A DNA stretch of 29,856 nt, taken from positions 1-29,856 of the forward strand of contig JAQGDQ010001679.1 of assembly GCA_030141605.1 (NCBI GenBank), written 5' to 3'. Under the pieces are notes generated by a model. The model ran no database searches. It saw only the letters and a program-made list of their open reading frames with translations, and had not been told where the DNA came from. Numbering within the stretch: the first letter of the stretch is position 1; each line of letters starts with the position of its first letter. The position numbers were made by a program, and so were the translations under genes. The DNA comes from Tubiluchus corallicola. Taxonomy: Eukaryota > Animalia > Priapulida. Of the stretch, positions 11,686 to 22,802 are shown in pieces.

Positions 11686-12168
11686 AGAAAAGGCCAAGTC
11701 ATCTGAGAAATCAGGCTTATTTCAATGTTTGTAAATAATGTTAAAATGATTTAGTAATAAAACTGCAATAAGTGCCTCGTGCAACTAGTAAAATAACGAT
11801 CACTTCATGCTTGGACGCCCCCATTTTCAATACCCATTCTTCTTCCAATGACGTCGTTCGTCTTGAAGAAAAGTAGCGCACTGGCAACCTTCATCAAAAT
11901 TTATAATAAGTTTTTACAAAAAATTAGGTTGGTAATTTTGCAATATTTTTGCGTGAAGATAAGATAAGAAATTTTAATTGTTTTAATACAGCTCATGCTT
12001 TGAAAAGTGACATGGCGGCAACTGTACCTGAAAATTTTCATTGAGATGTGATATATTTTAAATTTATGCTTTATAGACAGTTCTTTGCAAATTTCTTTGT
12101 GATAGTTTTCTAAGTTTAAGTGATAACAGTAAAATAAACCCAACATACTTAGTGATTTGTTCTCTCCT
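11686..12168 (-). mobile_element. TTAA-flanked MITE (T2/Kolobok-like family), copy 1
   Basis: ttaa|agaaaaggccaagtca ... tgatttgttctctcct|ttga. Body clearly similar to 27903..28515 and, inverted, to 21923..22573 and 19245..19430. Strand is given relative to the intronic copies. Confidence 0.7.
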
Positions 12169-14173
12169 TTGAGGTTAATCATTGACATCTAAAATTTGTC
12201 TGTTTATTGTAAATATGAAGAGTTGGTTTATTACAGATGAAATGTTAGTGTGAACTTAGTTTTCAGAATCGATGACTCCAATTTATATCACCGTGAACCT
12301 AATTCTGGGCAAAGTAACTCTTCCCCCATAAAGGCATTGTTTCTTAGATCAGCTCTTGATGACCTGGCAAAATGTGAGCATCTCGATAATATCAACTGCC
12401 AGTACTTACCGTTTGACTAGCTAAGAATGCAATAGACAATCTATCGATGTGGATGTAGCAGCAGTGTGAACTTAACTTTACATACTTCAACTTTTGAATG
12501 TGGAAGTGCAAACCTCACTTGAGAAGAAATAGTTCTTTGGCATCAGCAAAAATAGACTTAAGCAAAACTCTAGTCTCCCAAAAATTATTAGTCAGTGGAA
12601 ATATGTGGGTCTCTAACCACTTGGGTTTTCAACTGTATGAAGTTAATTGAATGACCTCAAAATTTATGCTATTATAAGTTTTTAGCTCATTATAGATGTT
12701 TAGCTTGGTTGATGACAAGGTTGTATAGCGAACTGTTGATGCATACACTCATCTTCTCCAAGAGATTGTCTTTGAATTTGTTCAAATTTTTGGTCAGCTA
12801 TTACAGTTAAAAATGTGCCTGCAACATTTTATGACAACAAGTGTTAGCTTTCATTCATAGCGCTGTGTGTTCTGAATTTTCATTGCGTTAAGTATGCTTT
12901 TGCTTTACGCAAGATTCAGCTTAAATACTTCTGTTTTTTTAAATTGTGTAATTATAGTTACAGTTTAATAGTGTGGATAAAAGCTTGGGTCCAAACCTAA
13001 TTTGAACACATGATGGGTGTTGATAGTGACAGTTAATTGTACCTATGAGTTATTGAGTGTATGTAATATAAGCATGTTATTTTTAATTGATTTAAGTGAT
13101 ATGATATAGTCATATGTGTAAATGTATTTCTATAATAATTGTTTAATTGTTTGTAAAAAGACTTAAAAAGTATCTAGTTCATGAGAACATTGTTACTTAA
13201 TCATGTTAATAAAAGCATCGGTCTATAAGTCATAACTCATTTATTTCACATTACACATTTACAATAGTTTCATGTACAATATCTAGTGAAAGGGCCTACA
13301 ATGGATATAATACAAATAAGAAATACTGCACAGGAAAAGCCTCAAACACTGTTCACTTATACACGAAGGTAAATGTGTTGCGGGCAATCAAAAAGCAGGG
13401 CTTGTTAGATTATCCCACACAGTGATAGAAAAAAAAGTAATGGAGATAATCTGAAAATTTAAAGTCATTAATTTGATTTATAGTAATCATTGCTATGCAA
13501 CTAAACTCGCTTTGATTTAAAATATCGTTGTGGTAGTGTTCTTTAATTTAGACCAGTAATTTAATCTGCAATTTAAATGGTCTTTAGAATACGTGATTGA
13601 TAATTAAACGAGAATGTTTCAATGAATAATTAGAAATTAGATAAGTGTTTTAATAACATTCTGTGAAAGCACCACAAGCAAATTTAACAGCAATTTTATA
13701 ACTGGCAAAACACAACACTTAAAAGTAGTGCATGATATTATTACAGCCGTGATTCCTGATTGATACCCAATATGACTAAAAACAAGTGATGCTGAGTGCC
13801 TGTTAAATGCACCGGTTCAATGCTTAATCAAATGGTGATTAAATCATAGCGAAAATGGAAAGATGGAACACTACAGTCAATCACTCAGTGTGCATTTATA
13901 AAAGCATTACATGATAACACCATCTCCAAAATTTTAATTTCATGCTTGCAACTCAATGGCTTTTATAGACAAATGAGTGTGTATGACATTCTTTTTGTTT
14001 CCTTTCTGATATTTTACATTGATTAATGATTATAAAATTTTACAAAATCGGTTTCGCAAACTTTAAAATATACATATCTATGGTTGAACGATACCCATGG
14101 ATATAAGCAGATAAGCGAAGCCAGGTGAAACTAGTAGCGACACGTGGCGGCAACTGACAAACACGAAGTCAAG

Positions 14174-14373
14174 ATGGCAGAACAGGCTGGAGAATCTGCG
14201 CCTTCCACTGTAACAGATGGTTCTGAAAAAACCAATGAAGCACCTGCTCCACCGGTCAAAGAAATGCGGGCTATTGTACTTACAGGGTTTGGAGGTCTGA
14301 AAACTGTAAAAGTACAGAATAAGCCGGAACCATGTCTGAAAGAAGGAGAAGTTCTGATCGACGTTAAAGCAGG
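14174..14373 (+). CDS. VAT1L: VAT-1 homolog-like (MDR/quinone oxidoreductase family) coding exon 1
   Basis: ATG in aagATGg context with an upstream in-frame TAG at 14135. Encodes MAEQAGESAPS...KEMRAIVLTGFGGLKTVKVQNKPEPCLKEGEVLIDVKA, with the EMRAVVLxGFGG motif of VAT1/VAT1L. Donor GG|gtaggg. Confidence 0.88.
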
Positions 14374-14973
14374 GTAGGGCACTTTCATTCAAATCTATAC
14401 CATTGTGACATTGAATTTCTCATTTAGGTTTCATCTATATCTTCAAATGCTTATGTTAAAATTTGCGAGTATTGGTGACTGATTTAAAAAATAAATTGCA
14501 TCTGTGGTTGGAATTTTGCCAAATTCACTGTAACGATGGTTAGATAAAATTTTTGTTACTAATACCATATTAGGGTAATAACTAGTGTTACCAGCAGCAG
14601 TGTAGTAATAAATCTGCGTCATAATTTCATTGTGCGATGCACAAGCAATGTTTCTATATTTTATATATTTTTTTTCTTTTTTTTTTCTTCTTTTTCTGCC
14701 TTCATAACCATTTGCGATTTCCTACCATTTTCGTAGGACGTTTGGATAGTCTATTTTAATCAGCTCTTAGTGACTTTCATATATCGCCTGAGCATACTTT
14801 GCCATTGTTTGCTGTAGTCAATAGCTTGTGTAAACTTTATAATTTGTATTTTGATACTTGTGTTGTTTCAGGCTTTGATACTTGTATTGTATCAGGCAAA
14901 ACTGTCTAGCTTTTTGCCCATAGTTTTCTCCATCTAAATGCACTAAATCTGTTATATAAAGTTAATGTTAAGG

Positions 14974-15380
14974 TTTGAATTTGAATTTGAATTTGAATTC
15001 GAATTTATCGCTTAATTTACCATGAGCATACCAGTTTACAATGGTAATTTACACAAAGAGCATTAAATTAACAGAAATTTTGACACAGAACACATTAATT
15101 TCTAATTTTTATTGAGGCTACTGGTATGCCTCTGGACAGCACATATTGTTGTATAAAGCATAAAAGTTAATCTCGAATTTGGTCGCTATCTGGTGGTGAA
15201 GGTGTTATGGTACTTCTCTAGCTCGTCTGCCCACCAGTTGTCAAGTTGTCTTTTAAAGTGGTCTGGACTTTTTGCTTTCCTAGCGTGTGTGCCTAACGTC
15301 TTCCGACATCGACTACCCGGAAAGTGAAACAGTTTTTGTTGTTGCTTCTAGCGCTTGACGCTCACATTGTTGTGGTTTTT
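14974..15380 (-). mobile_element. CR1/L2-clade LINE 3' fragment
   Basis: Minus strand, with one 1-nt frameshift, gives KNCFTFRVVDV(W)KTLGTHARKAKSPDHFKRQLDNWW...R*, resembling the CR1 ORF2 C-terminal motif FFxxRVVxxWNxLP...A.S...FKxxLD. It is followed by a ~200-nt 3' UTR and an (attcaa)n tail at 14974-15005. Confidence 0.65.
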
Positions 15381-15472
15381 TTCTTTCACCATTGTAGTTG
15401 TTTTTTTCTATGCTGTAATAAATTTTATTTTTTAGTATGTGGAAATGTGTGTGAATTTTGTGTATTTTTATG

Positions 15473-16103
15473 GATAATAAATGTGTGCTTGCAAACCAAA
15501 ACTCTCCATAAGTCAGCATAGTTATGCTTCAAAGTAGAATGACCCAAAATTTGGTCCAATGTCAATTTTTTGTATTTTATAAAAAGCCTAAATATTTTCG
15601 ACATTTATAGTCTAGCATCAAATTATCAAGAAAATGTTCTAAAAGACTAAGTATTTAATTTTATAACTCCTTACCCACTTTTCTGTCTAGAAACTAGTAC
15701 TACAGTTGCAAAAAAACTCCTACTTTCCATACTGCAATAGTAGCCCATGGAAGCAGTCATTTTGCTTCAATTTTTTCTGTTGCCAAGCCCAGATATTTGT
15801 CAGAAAGAGCCATCTACCGGATTTAAACATAACTTCAATGTGCTCTTGCAAAGTCCGTAGCAACCAACATTTGTACGGTTGCTAAGTGTTTTGTAAAAAC
15901 AATGGCAAACTTTAATTTTTTTCCTTGAATAGCCTGCACCTCAACTTCAACGTGGATTATCTCAGCTTAGAATTAACATAGAATGATGAACTTGGTATCA
16001 AAATGATCCTCATGAAATGGAGGTCCAGGATACGTGAATAATTAGAAAAGCTTAAATGCCGGCTTATGGACTATTTTGTTATGCAAGCACACATATAATT
16101 ATC
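15473..16103. mobile_element. ~630-bp MITE-like element with ~45-bp imperfect inverted ends, copy A
   Basis: aatgtgtgcttgcaaaccaaaactctccataagtcagcat vs atgccggcttatggactattttgttatgcaagcacacat. The body is the reverse complement of 19634..20254. Confidence 0.7.
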
Positions 16104-16582
16104 ATTACTCTTGCTGCAGTGTTGTGGAGTAGCACTGATTTTGTTCATCCCAATGTTTTAAATTGCTTGGTTAAAGAGCCAGTAGTATCATTAATGCTGT
16201 GCTCAGTCATTGAATTGAACCACAACTTTCTGTGCAAAAAACAGAGCATCCTACCCACTGATTTGTGAACTGACCTACTTAAACTCACTGAATAGCTGCA
16301 TGTTTAATTGTTTCCTCTAGATAAATAGTCTATATACTTCCATTGTTTGCGATTCTGACATAGATTTCTATAAATCTATCTATATATATAGTGCAGAAAA
16401 GTTTTCACGGCAATTCCGCACAAAGCTGAGAATACATTTCGTATGTTCATTAGCATAGCATGAACAATACTGTAATGTCTTTAGTTATGTACGGGTAAAA
16501 TTTCACAGAAAACTGCCATTCTGATTTTCAACTATTTCTTCAGTGGCTGTAAGACTTTGTTTTATTTTATAAAAGTCTATGA

Positions 16583-17370
16583 TAGCGATGTTGTTGATCT
16601 TGATCTTGTAATTCGATATCACGATTAATCTTTTGCAGCACTTTTTTTGGTGTTTTTAGTCATATTTTTCAAACATTGCAGCAATTTTTTGGTGTTTTTA
16701 GTCGTATTTTTCAAACATTGCAGCACTTTTTTAGTGTTTTTAGTCATATTTTTCAAACATCGCAGCACTTTTTTGGTGTTTTTAGTTGTATTTTTCAAAC
16801 ATTGCAGCACTTTTTTTAGTGTTTTTAGTCGTATTTTTCAAACATTGCAGCACTTTTTCAGTGTTTTTAGTCATATTTTTCAAACATTACAGCGCTTTTT
16901 TGGTGTTTTTAGTTGTATTTTTCAAACATTGCAGCACTTTTTTAGTGTTTTTAGTCGTATTTTTCAAACATTACAGCACTTTTTCAGTGTTTTTAGTCAT
17001 ATTTTTCAAACATTACAGCACTGAAATATAGCCTATCACGACTTCTTCATGGCTTTCATTGCTGTCTGCCACTTTTGTACTTGCAAACTATTTTTATAGA
17101 CATGCACATTCGTTAACTAGTCTATTACTATGTCAACTACACGCGTCAGATGAAAACGAATAAGATGTGTCTGTTTGCAACACCGTGATTTGCAATTGTG
17201 CGCATTGTGTAAGGTGAGAAAAATGAAGAAAAACTGCAAAGATCCAGTTTATTTGTGTTAAAACACTGGCTTTCAATTATTCCCGATTAACCAAACTACT
17301 GTTCTATAGCCGATTATATTGATTTATACATGGTTGTAATCTCGATTAATCTATTAGTCGCCCATCATTA
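16583..17370. mobile_element. Non-autonomous hAT-like element with perfect 8-bp TSD
   Basis: TSD gtctatga at 16575-16582 and 17371-17378; termini tagcgatg ... catcatta; subterminal cgatta(atc) motifs at both ends. Confidence 0.8.
16634..17021. repeat. 42/43-bp minisatellite (tgcagcacttttttggtgtttttagtcatatttttcaaacat), about 9 copies, inside the hAT-like element
   Basis: Direct tandem copies; explains the 14-aa periodic ORFs. Confidence 0.95.
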
Positions 17371-18147
17371 GTCTATGATATACTTATAGCTTAGCATCTT
17401 CGCAAATGATATTTTGACACTTCAGTTACCAGTTGCCTCTCCTTTAGAAGTAATGCACAGTCATACTTCTTTGGGTGTTTGCCAAATTACCTAAAGTTGT
17501 AGGGTTTGGATTCACTTAGGTAGGCTAGCGCAAATCTAACTGAAATAAAATTGCTATGATTCGCCTATTTCTGTAAATATTTTTGGGGTCGATGAGAAAT
17601 CAAGGATTCTGTGAAAGGGTCAATGGTCTATCAAGTTTGGTGACCCCTGATGTAGAGGGATACGCCCACTTTTATCAGCATTTTTATAGATGCCGCAGAA
17701 AGAACTTTTACAAAGACCAGAATGATGACAGAAAAGTCTATGTGCCACTCTATGAAATTGAAAGTGTGAAGCAAATCATACACTGTAGCTCACTCATGAA
17801 TGGATGTAAGAATTGCAGCGCACGTTTCACAAATTCATCTATGATTGTACGCGTTATGAAGATGATTGTAGACAAAACATCAACAGTAAAACACTGGCAT
17901 GATTAGACAAAACAGTCGAAGTTTAATGGGAAAAGATGTGAATTTGATTTTTGCACCATGTAGTAACAGAACCTGAGATTTGTTGGAGATGGGAGAGTTA
18001 TTGGTCGGCAAAAAATGATTTAAATAATAAGTTTCTAATGCCGTTGTTACAGCGCCAATGTTTCTGATGAAACTGTGACATCAATTATTTGATTCATAAA
18101 TTTTTAGTAGAAAAATATTTGTCTATGATTTTTTTGCTTAATTTTAG

Positions 18148-18277
18148 TGGATTGAATTTCTTTGACTTGATGGTGCGTCAGGGAGCAATCGATAGTCCGC
18201 CCAAAACTCCGATAATAATGGGTTTTGAGTGTGCAGGTGAAGTAACTCAGCTTGGCGAAGGTGTCACAGATTTTAAG
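18148..18277 (+). CDS. VAT1L: VAT1L-like coding exon 2
   Basis: Acceptor aattttag|T, donor TTTAAG|gtaaat. Encodes GLNFFDLMVRQGAIDSPPKTPIIMGFECAGEVTQLGEGVTDFK, close to recalled VAT1L GLNFIDLMVRQGNIDNPPKTPLVPGFEC. Confidence 0.93.
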
Positions 18278-18341
18278 GTAAATGAAGGGTGATTAAAAGT
18301 GTTTTTATTGATTCGCTTTGTATTTTTGATGCATGGGAAGG

Positions 18342-19301
18342 GAAGGGAAGAACACAAGTCACTCAGTATGTCTTTTGTTATTGTACTGTTTTCACTTAAA
18401 CTGTTTGTGGTGTGCTAAAGGGAAGGACACAAGTCACTCAGTATGTCTTTTGTTATTTTACTGTTTTCACTTAAACTGTTTGTGGTGTGCTAAAGGGAAG
18501 AACACAAGTCACTCAGTATGTCTTTTGTTATTTTACTGTTTTCACTTAAACTGTTTGTGGTGTGTTAAAGGGAAGAACACAAGTCACTCAGTATGTCTTT
18601 TGTTATTGTACTGTTTTCACTTAAACTGTTTGTGGTGTGCTAAAGGGAAGGACACAAGTCACTCAGTATGTCTTTTGTTATTTTACTGTTTTCACTTAAA
18701 CTGTTTGTGGTGTGCTAAAGGGAAGGACACAAGTCACTCAGTATGTCTTTTGTTATTTTACTGTTTTCACTTAAACTGTTTGTGGTGTGCTAAAGGGAAG
18801 GACACAAGTCACTCAGTATGTCTTTTGTTATTGTACTGTTTTCACTTAAACTGTTTGTGGTGTGCTAAAGGGAAGGACACAAGTCACTCAGTATGTCTTT
18901 TGTTATTTTACTGTTTTCACTTAAACTGTTTGTGGTGTGCTAAAGGGAAGGACACAAGTCACTCAGTATGTCTTTTGTTATTTTACTGTTTTCACTTAAA
19001 CTGTTTGTGGTGTGCTAAAGGGGAGAACACAAGTCACTCAGTATGTCTTTTGTTATTTTACTGTTTTCACTTAAACTGTTTGTGGTGTGCTAAAGGGAAG
19101 GACACAAGTCACTCAGTATGTCTTTTGTTATTTTACTGTTTTCACTTAAACTGTTTGTGGTGTGCTAAAGGGAAGAACACAAGTCACTCAGTATGTCTTT
19201 TGTTATTTTACTGTTTTCACTAAAACTGTTTGTGGTGTGCTAAAGGGAAGAACACAAGTCACTCAGTATGTTTTTTGTTATTTTACTGTTTTCACTTAAA
19301 C
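18342..19301. repeat. 75-bp tandem repeat, about 13 copies, derived from the T2/Kolobok-like MITE terminus
   Basis: Unit aagggaagRacacaagtcactcagtatgtcttttgttattttactgttttcacttaaactgtttgtggtgtgcta; 25-aa periodic ORF. The last unit continues directly into the MITE body. Confidence 0.95.
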
Positions 19302-19535
19302 TTAGACAAATACAACAAAGAAATTTGCAAGGAACTGCCTATAAAGCATAAGTTAAAATGTACTACCTTTAAATAGAGATTTTCAGGTGTTTTGGTTGCT
19401 GCCATTCACTTGAAAATCATGACGTAACTGGGAGACTTCGTAACTTTTCGTAAGCCCATCGTGGCTTTCCGTAAGTGCCCGTTGCTTAAATTAATTCAAA
19501 CTTCTGCAGCTTACCTCATGTTGATGCAAAAAGCA
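19245..19535 (+). mobile_element. T2/Kolobok-like MITE, partial copy continuing from the 75-bp array
   Basis: ccattcacttgaaaatcatgacgtaactgggagactt...cttctgcagcttacct is shared with 22105-22220; cacttaaacttag...aaagaaatttgcaa...ctataaagcataa is shared with the reverse complement of 12060-12125. Confidence 0.7.
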
Positions 19536-19633
19536 AAAGCCAAAAACACTAATTGCTTGATTACATCGTTTATTGAACAGCAAAATAATTGAAATTGATG
19601 CTTGAACACTGGACGCTGGTGCTGATAAGTCAT

Positions 19634-20254
19634 TAAATGTGTGCTTGCATAGCAAAATCCCCTATGATTCTTTTCTAGTTATTCACGTATCCTAAATCTC
19701 TATTTCATGAGGATTATTTTGATACCAAGTTCATCACTCTATGTTATTTCTAAGCTGAGATAATCTACATTGAAGTTGAGGTGCAGGCTGCGCAGTGAAA
19801 AACATAATCTTGAGAAAATCACTGTTAAAGTTAGCCATTGTTTTTGTCGTGTTTCTACAAAACACTTAGCAACCGCACAAATGTTGGTTCCTACAGACTT
19901 TGCAAGAACACATTGTAGTTATGTTGAAATCCGGTAGATGGCTCTTTCTGACGAAGATCTGGGCTTGGCAACAGAATAAACCCAAAGCAAAATGACTTTT
20001 TCCACGAGCTACTATAGGAATTTGAAGAAAAACAAGTTTTTTACAATGGCAGTTCTAGTTCCTAGCATGAAAAATGGGTACAGGGTTATAAAATTAGAAT
20101 TTTAGTATTTTTTGAATATTTTCTTGATAATTTGATGCTAGAATATAAAGTCCAATACATTTGGCAAAGCATTTGACCAAATTTCAGGTGCATTCTTCTT
20201 AAAGTATGCCGTCTTACGGATGGTTTTGTTTTGCGAGCAACACAAATGTTATTC
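19634..20254. mobile_element. Same MITE-like family, copy B, inverted relative to copy A
   Basis: For example, gataccaagttcatcactctatgttatttctaagctgagataatc pairs with gattatctcagcttagaattaacatagaatgatgaacttggtatc, and atccggtagatggctctttctgac pairs with gtcagaaagagccatctaccggat. Confidence 0.75.
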
Positions 20255-20303
20255 AATTAATAAGTGCTGTGTTGTTTTAGTTAATACTCATCTGTTCTTC
20301 TAG

Positions 20304-20519
20304 GTTGGAGATCACGTATTTGGAATAGCAGAGTTCCATGCCTGGGCTGAGAAGGTTTGCCTACCAGCCAAACACGTGTACAAGATGCCGGCTGGAATGA
20401 CATTCCATGAAGCGGCGGCCATCCCGCTGAATTATCTACTCGCTTACATTATGCTGTTTGAGATAGGAAATCTGCACGGCGGCCAATCAGTTCTTGTTCA
20501 TTCCGTTGGCGGAGGCGTC
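20304..20519 (+). CDS. VAT1L: VAT1L-like coding exon 3 (absent from the ORF track)
   Basis: Acceptor gttcttctag|GTT, donor GGCGTC|gtaagt; 216 nt. Encodes VGDHVFGIAEFHAWAEKVCLPAKHVYKMPAGMTFHEAAAIPLNYLLAYIMLFEIGNLHGGQSVLVHSVGGGV, including the start of the Rossmann GGGVG motif. Confidence 0.93.
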
Positions 20520-20596
20520 GTAAGTTTGCTGTTAATTTATTAATTATAGTTGAAGTCAGACATCTGTAATCTTGTATATTCACAACTTTGTGGTAA

Positions 20597-20927
20597 TGTA
20601 CTGTACTAATTCTGCTGAGTACTGACAACATTTTAGTACTGTACTAATTCTGCTGAGTGCTGAGTACATCTTAGTACTGTACTAATTCTGCTGAGTGCTG
20701 AGTACAGCTTAGTACTGTACTAATTCTGCTGAGTGCTGAGTACATCTTAGTACTGTACTAATTCTGCTGAGTACTTCTGCTGAGTGCTGAGTACATCTTA
20801 GTACTGCACTGATTCTGCTGAGTACTTTTGCTGAGTGCTGAGTGCTTCTTAGTACTGCACTGATTCTGCTGAGTACTTCTGCTGAGTGCTGAGTACATCT
20901 TAGTGCTGTACTTGTTTTGCTGAGTAA
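20597..20927. repeat. 38-bp minisatellite (tagtactgtactaattctgctgagtgctgagtacatct) with longer variants
   Basis: Direct tandem copies; mirrored at about 29462..29793 with a different variant arrangement. Confidence 0.92.
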
Positions 20928-21220
20928 ATGGGATAAAAAGGGATTATCTAAAAAATTTTCCTTACAAAGTTATTTTTCAAAGTTATTTGAAAGACTTTTT
21001 AATAAATCTATCCCAGTATGCTTCACTGTCTCACCTTAAACTTATTATTGGTCTTACTGATAATTTAAAGTAATTGGTGCTTTAAAGTATGTTTTGCTTG
21101 ATTATTTTTTAAAATATATGCAATATTATCTGAATTTGCTTCAAATTCTTCCTCAATGACTGGCAGATTTAATGACTGGGCCTAAATGTCAGAATGGGAG
21201 TTTAGATTTACAAGTTTTAT

Positions 21221-21844
21221 GCAGTATTACTGGCTAATGTAAGCTGTACATGTGTTCTTTGCTTGGCAGCAGTATTACTGCCTAATGTAAGCTGTACATG
21301 TGTTCTTTGCTTGGCAGCAGTATTACTGGCTAATGTAAGCTGTACATGTGTTCTTTGCTTGGCAGCAGTATTACTGGCTAATGTAAGCTGTACATGTGTT
21401 CTTTGCTTGGCAGCAGTATTACTGGCTAATGTAAGCTGTACATGTGTTCTTTGCTTGGCGGCAGTATTACTGGCTAATGTAAGCTGTACATGTGTTCTTT
21501 GCTTGGCAGCAGTATTACTGGCTAATGTAAGCTGTACATGTGTTCTTTGCTTGGCAGCAGTATTACTGGCTAATGTAAGCTGTACATGTGTTCTTTGCTT
21601 GGCAGCAGTATTACTGGCTAATGTAAGCTGTACATGTGTTCTTTGCTTGGCAGCAGTATTACTGGCTAATGTAAGCTGTACATGTGTTCTTTGCTTGGCG
21701 GCAGTATTACTGGCTAATGTAAGCTGTACATGTGTTCTTTGCTTGGCAGCAGTATTACTGGCTAATGTAAGCTGTACATGTGTTCTTTGCTTGGCAGCAG
21801 TATTACTGGCTAATGTAAGCTGTACATGTGTTCTTTGCTTGGCA
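21221..21844. repeat. 48-bp minisatellite x13 (gcagtattactggctaatgtaagctgtacatgtgttctttgcttggca)
   Basis: 624 bp / 48 = 13 near-identical units. Confidence 0.97.
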
Positions 21845-21922
21845 TTTTAGTTGTGCCAGATAAAACTAATTTGACATTGTCAACATATGAACGATGTTAT
21901 GTTGTTTCGCTGATGGTTTTAA

Positions 21923-22573
21923 AGGAAAGAACAAGTCACTTATTTTGTTGGGTTTATTGTACTGTTATCACTGAAACTGTTTGTGGTGTGCTAGAGGAAA
22001 GATCAAGTCACTCAGCATGTTGCATTTATTTTACTGTTATCACTTAAGCATAAATTTAAAATATTCACCTTCTGAATATAAATCTTCAGGCGTCGTGGTT
22101 GCCGCCATTCACTTGAAAATCATGACGTAACTGGGAGACTTTATGACTTTCCATAAGCTCGTCGTGGCTTTCCGTAAGCGTGCCCTGATTAAACTAATTC
22201 AGACTTCTGCAGCTTACCTAATGTTCGCGCAAAAATATTACAAAATTAGGCATATAATTTTTTGTAAAAACTTGTTTTATACTTTTGATGAAGACCAACA
22301 GTGCGCTAGTTTTCTTCAAGATGAATGATGTCATTGGAAGAAGAACGAATGACATCATTGGAAGAATGACGTCATTGGAAGAAGAATGAATGACGTCATT
22401 GGAAGAAGAATGGGTATTGAAAATGGGAGCGTCCAAGCATGAAGTGATCACGACTTTAAACTGATTTTACTAATTACGCGAGGCGCTTATTGCAGTTTTA
22501 TTAATAAATCCTTCTAACATTTTTTGTGAACATTGAAATAAGTCTAACCTCCTAGAAGGCTTGTGCTTTTCAT
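21923..22573 (+). mobile_element. T2/Kolobok-like MITE with duplicated terminal unit
   Basis: ttaa|aggaaagaacaagtcac start; degenerate end cttgtgcttttcat|ttac; internal gaatgacgtcattggaagaa repeat x4. Confidence 0.7.
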
Positions 22574-22623
22574 TTACGTGCTTCTGATTATTGAATGACT
22601 CTGTTCTTATAACTTATTTCTAG

Positions 22624-22766
22624 GGTCACGCTGTTTCTCAACTGTGTAAAACCCTGGATAACGTGACACTGTTTGGAACTGCTTCTAAAGACAAGCATGA
22701 GAACATCAAGGACAATGCTAACCACGTCATTGAACACGGACTGGATTATGGTCAAGAAATTCGCAA
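22624..22766 (+). CDS. VAT1L: VAT1L-like coding exon 4; downstream exons not found in the window
   Basis: Acceptor ttatttctag|GGT, donor CGCAA|gtatgg. Encodes GHAVSQLCKTLDNVTLFGTASKDKHENIKDNANHVIEHGLDYGQEIR(K), matching VAT1L GQAVAQLC...VFGTAS..KHE.IKD. Confidence 0.92.
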
Positions 22767-22802
22767 GTATGGGTCATTTCATTTGAAAAAACTGCACTAA
22801 AC

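Noticed and set aside
14095-14150. TATA-like atataag and E-box cacgtg upstream of the VAT1L ATG; aataaa at 13208 as the WDR24 polyA signal
   Set aside because: Short motifs expected by chance in AT-rich DNA; transcript-end data are needed to call them.
17583-17906. 107-aa non-repetitive ORF in VAT1L intron 1
   Set aside because: TTG start and no recognisable domain. It could be a decayed transposon fragment, but this cannot be supported without BLASTX.
18333-19223. 296-aa Cys/His-periodic ORF as a zinc-finger or repeat protein
   Set aside because: It is the translation of a stop-free frame of the 75-bp intronic array derived from a MITE end.
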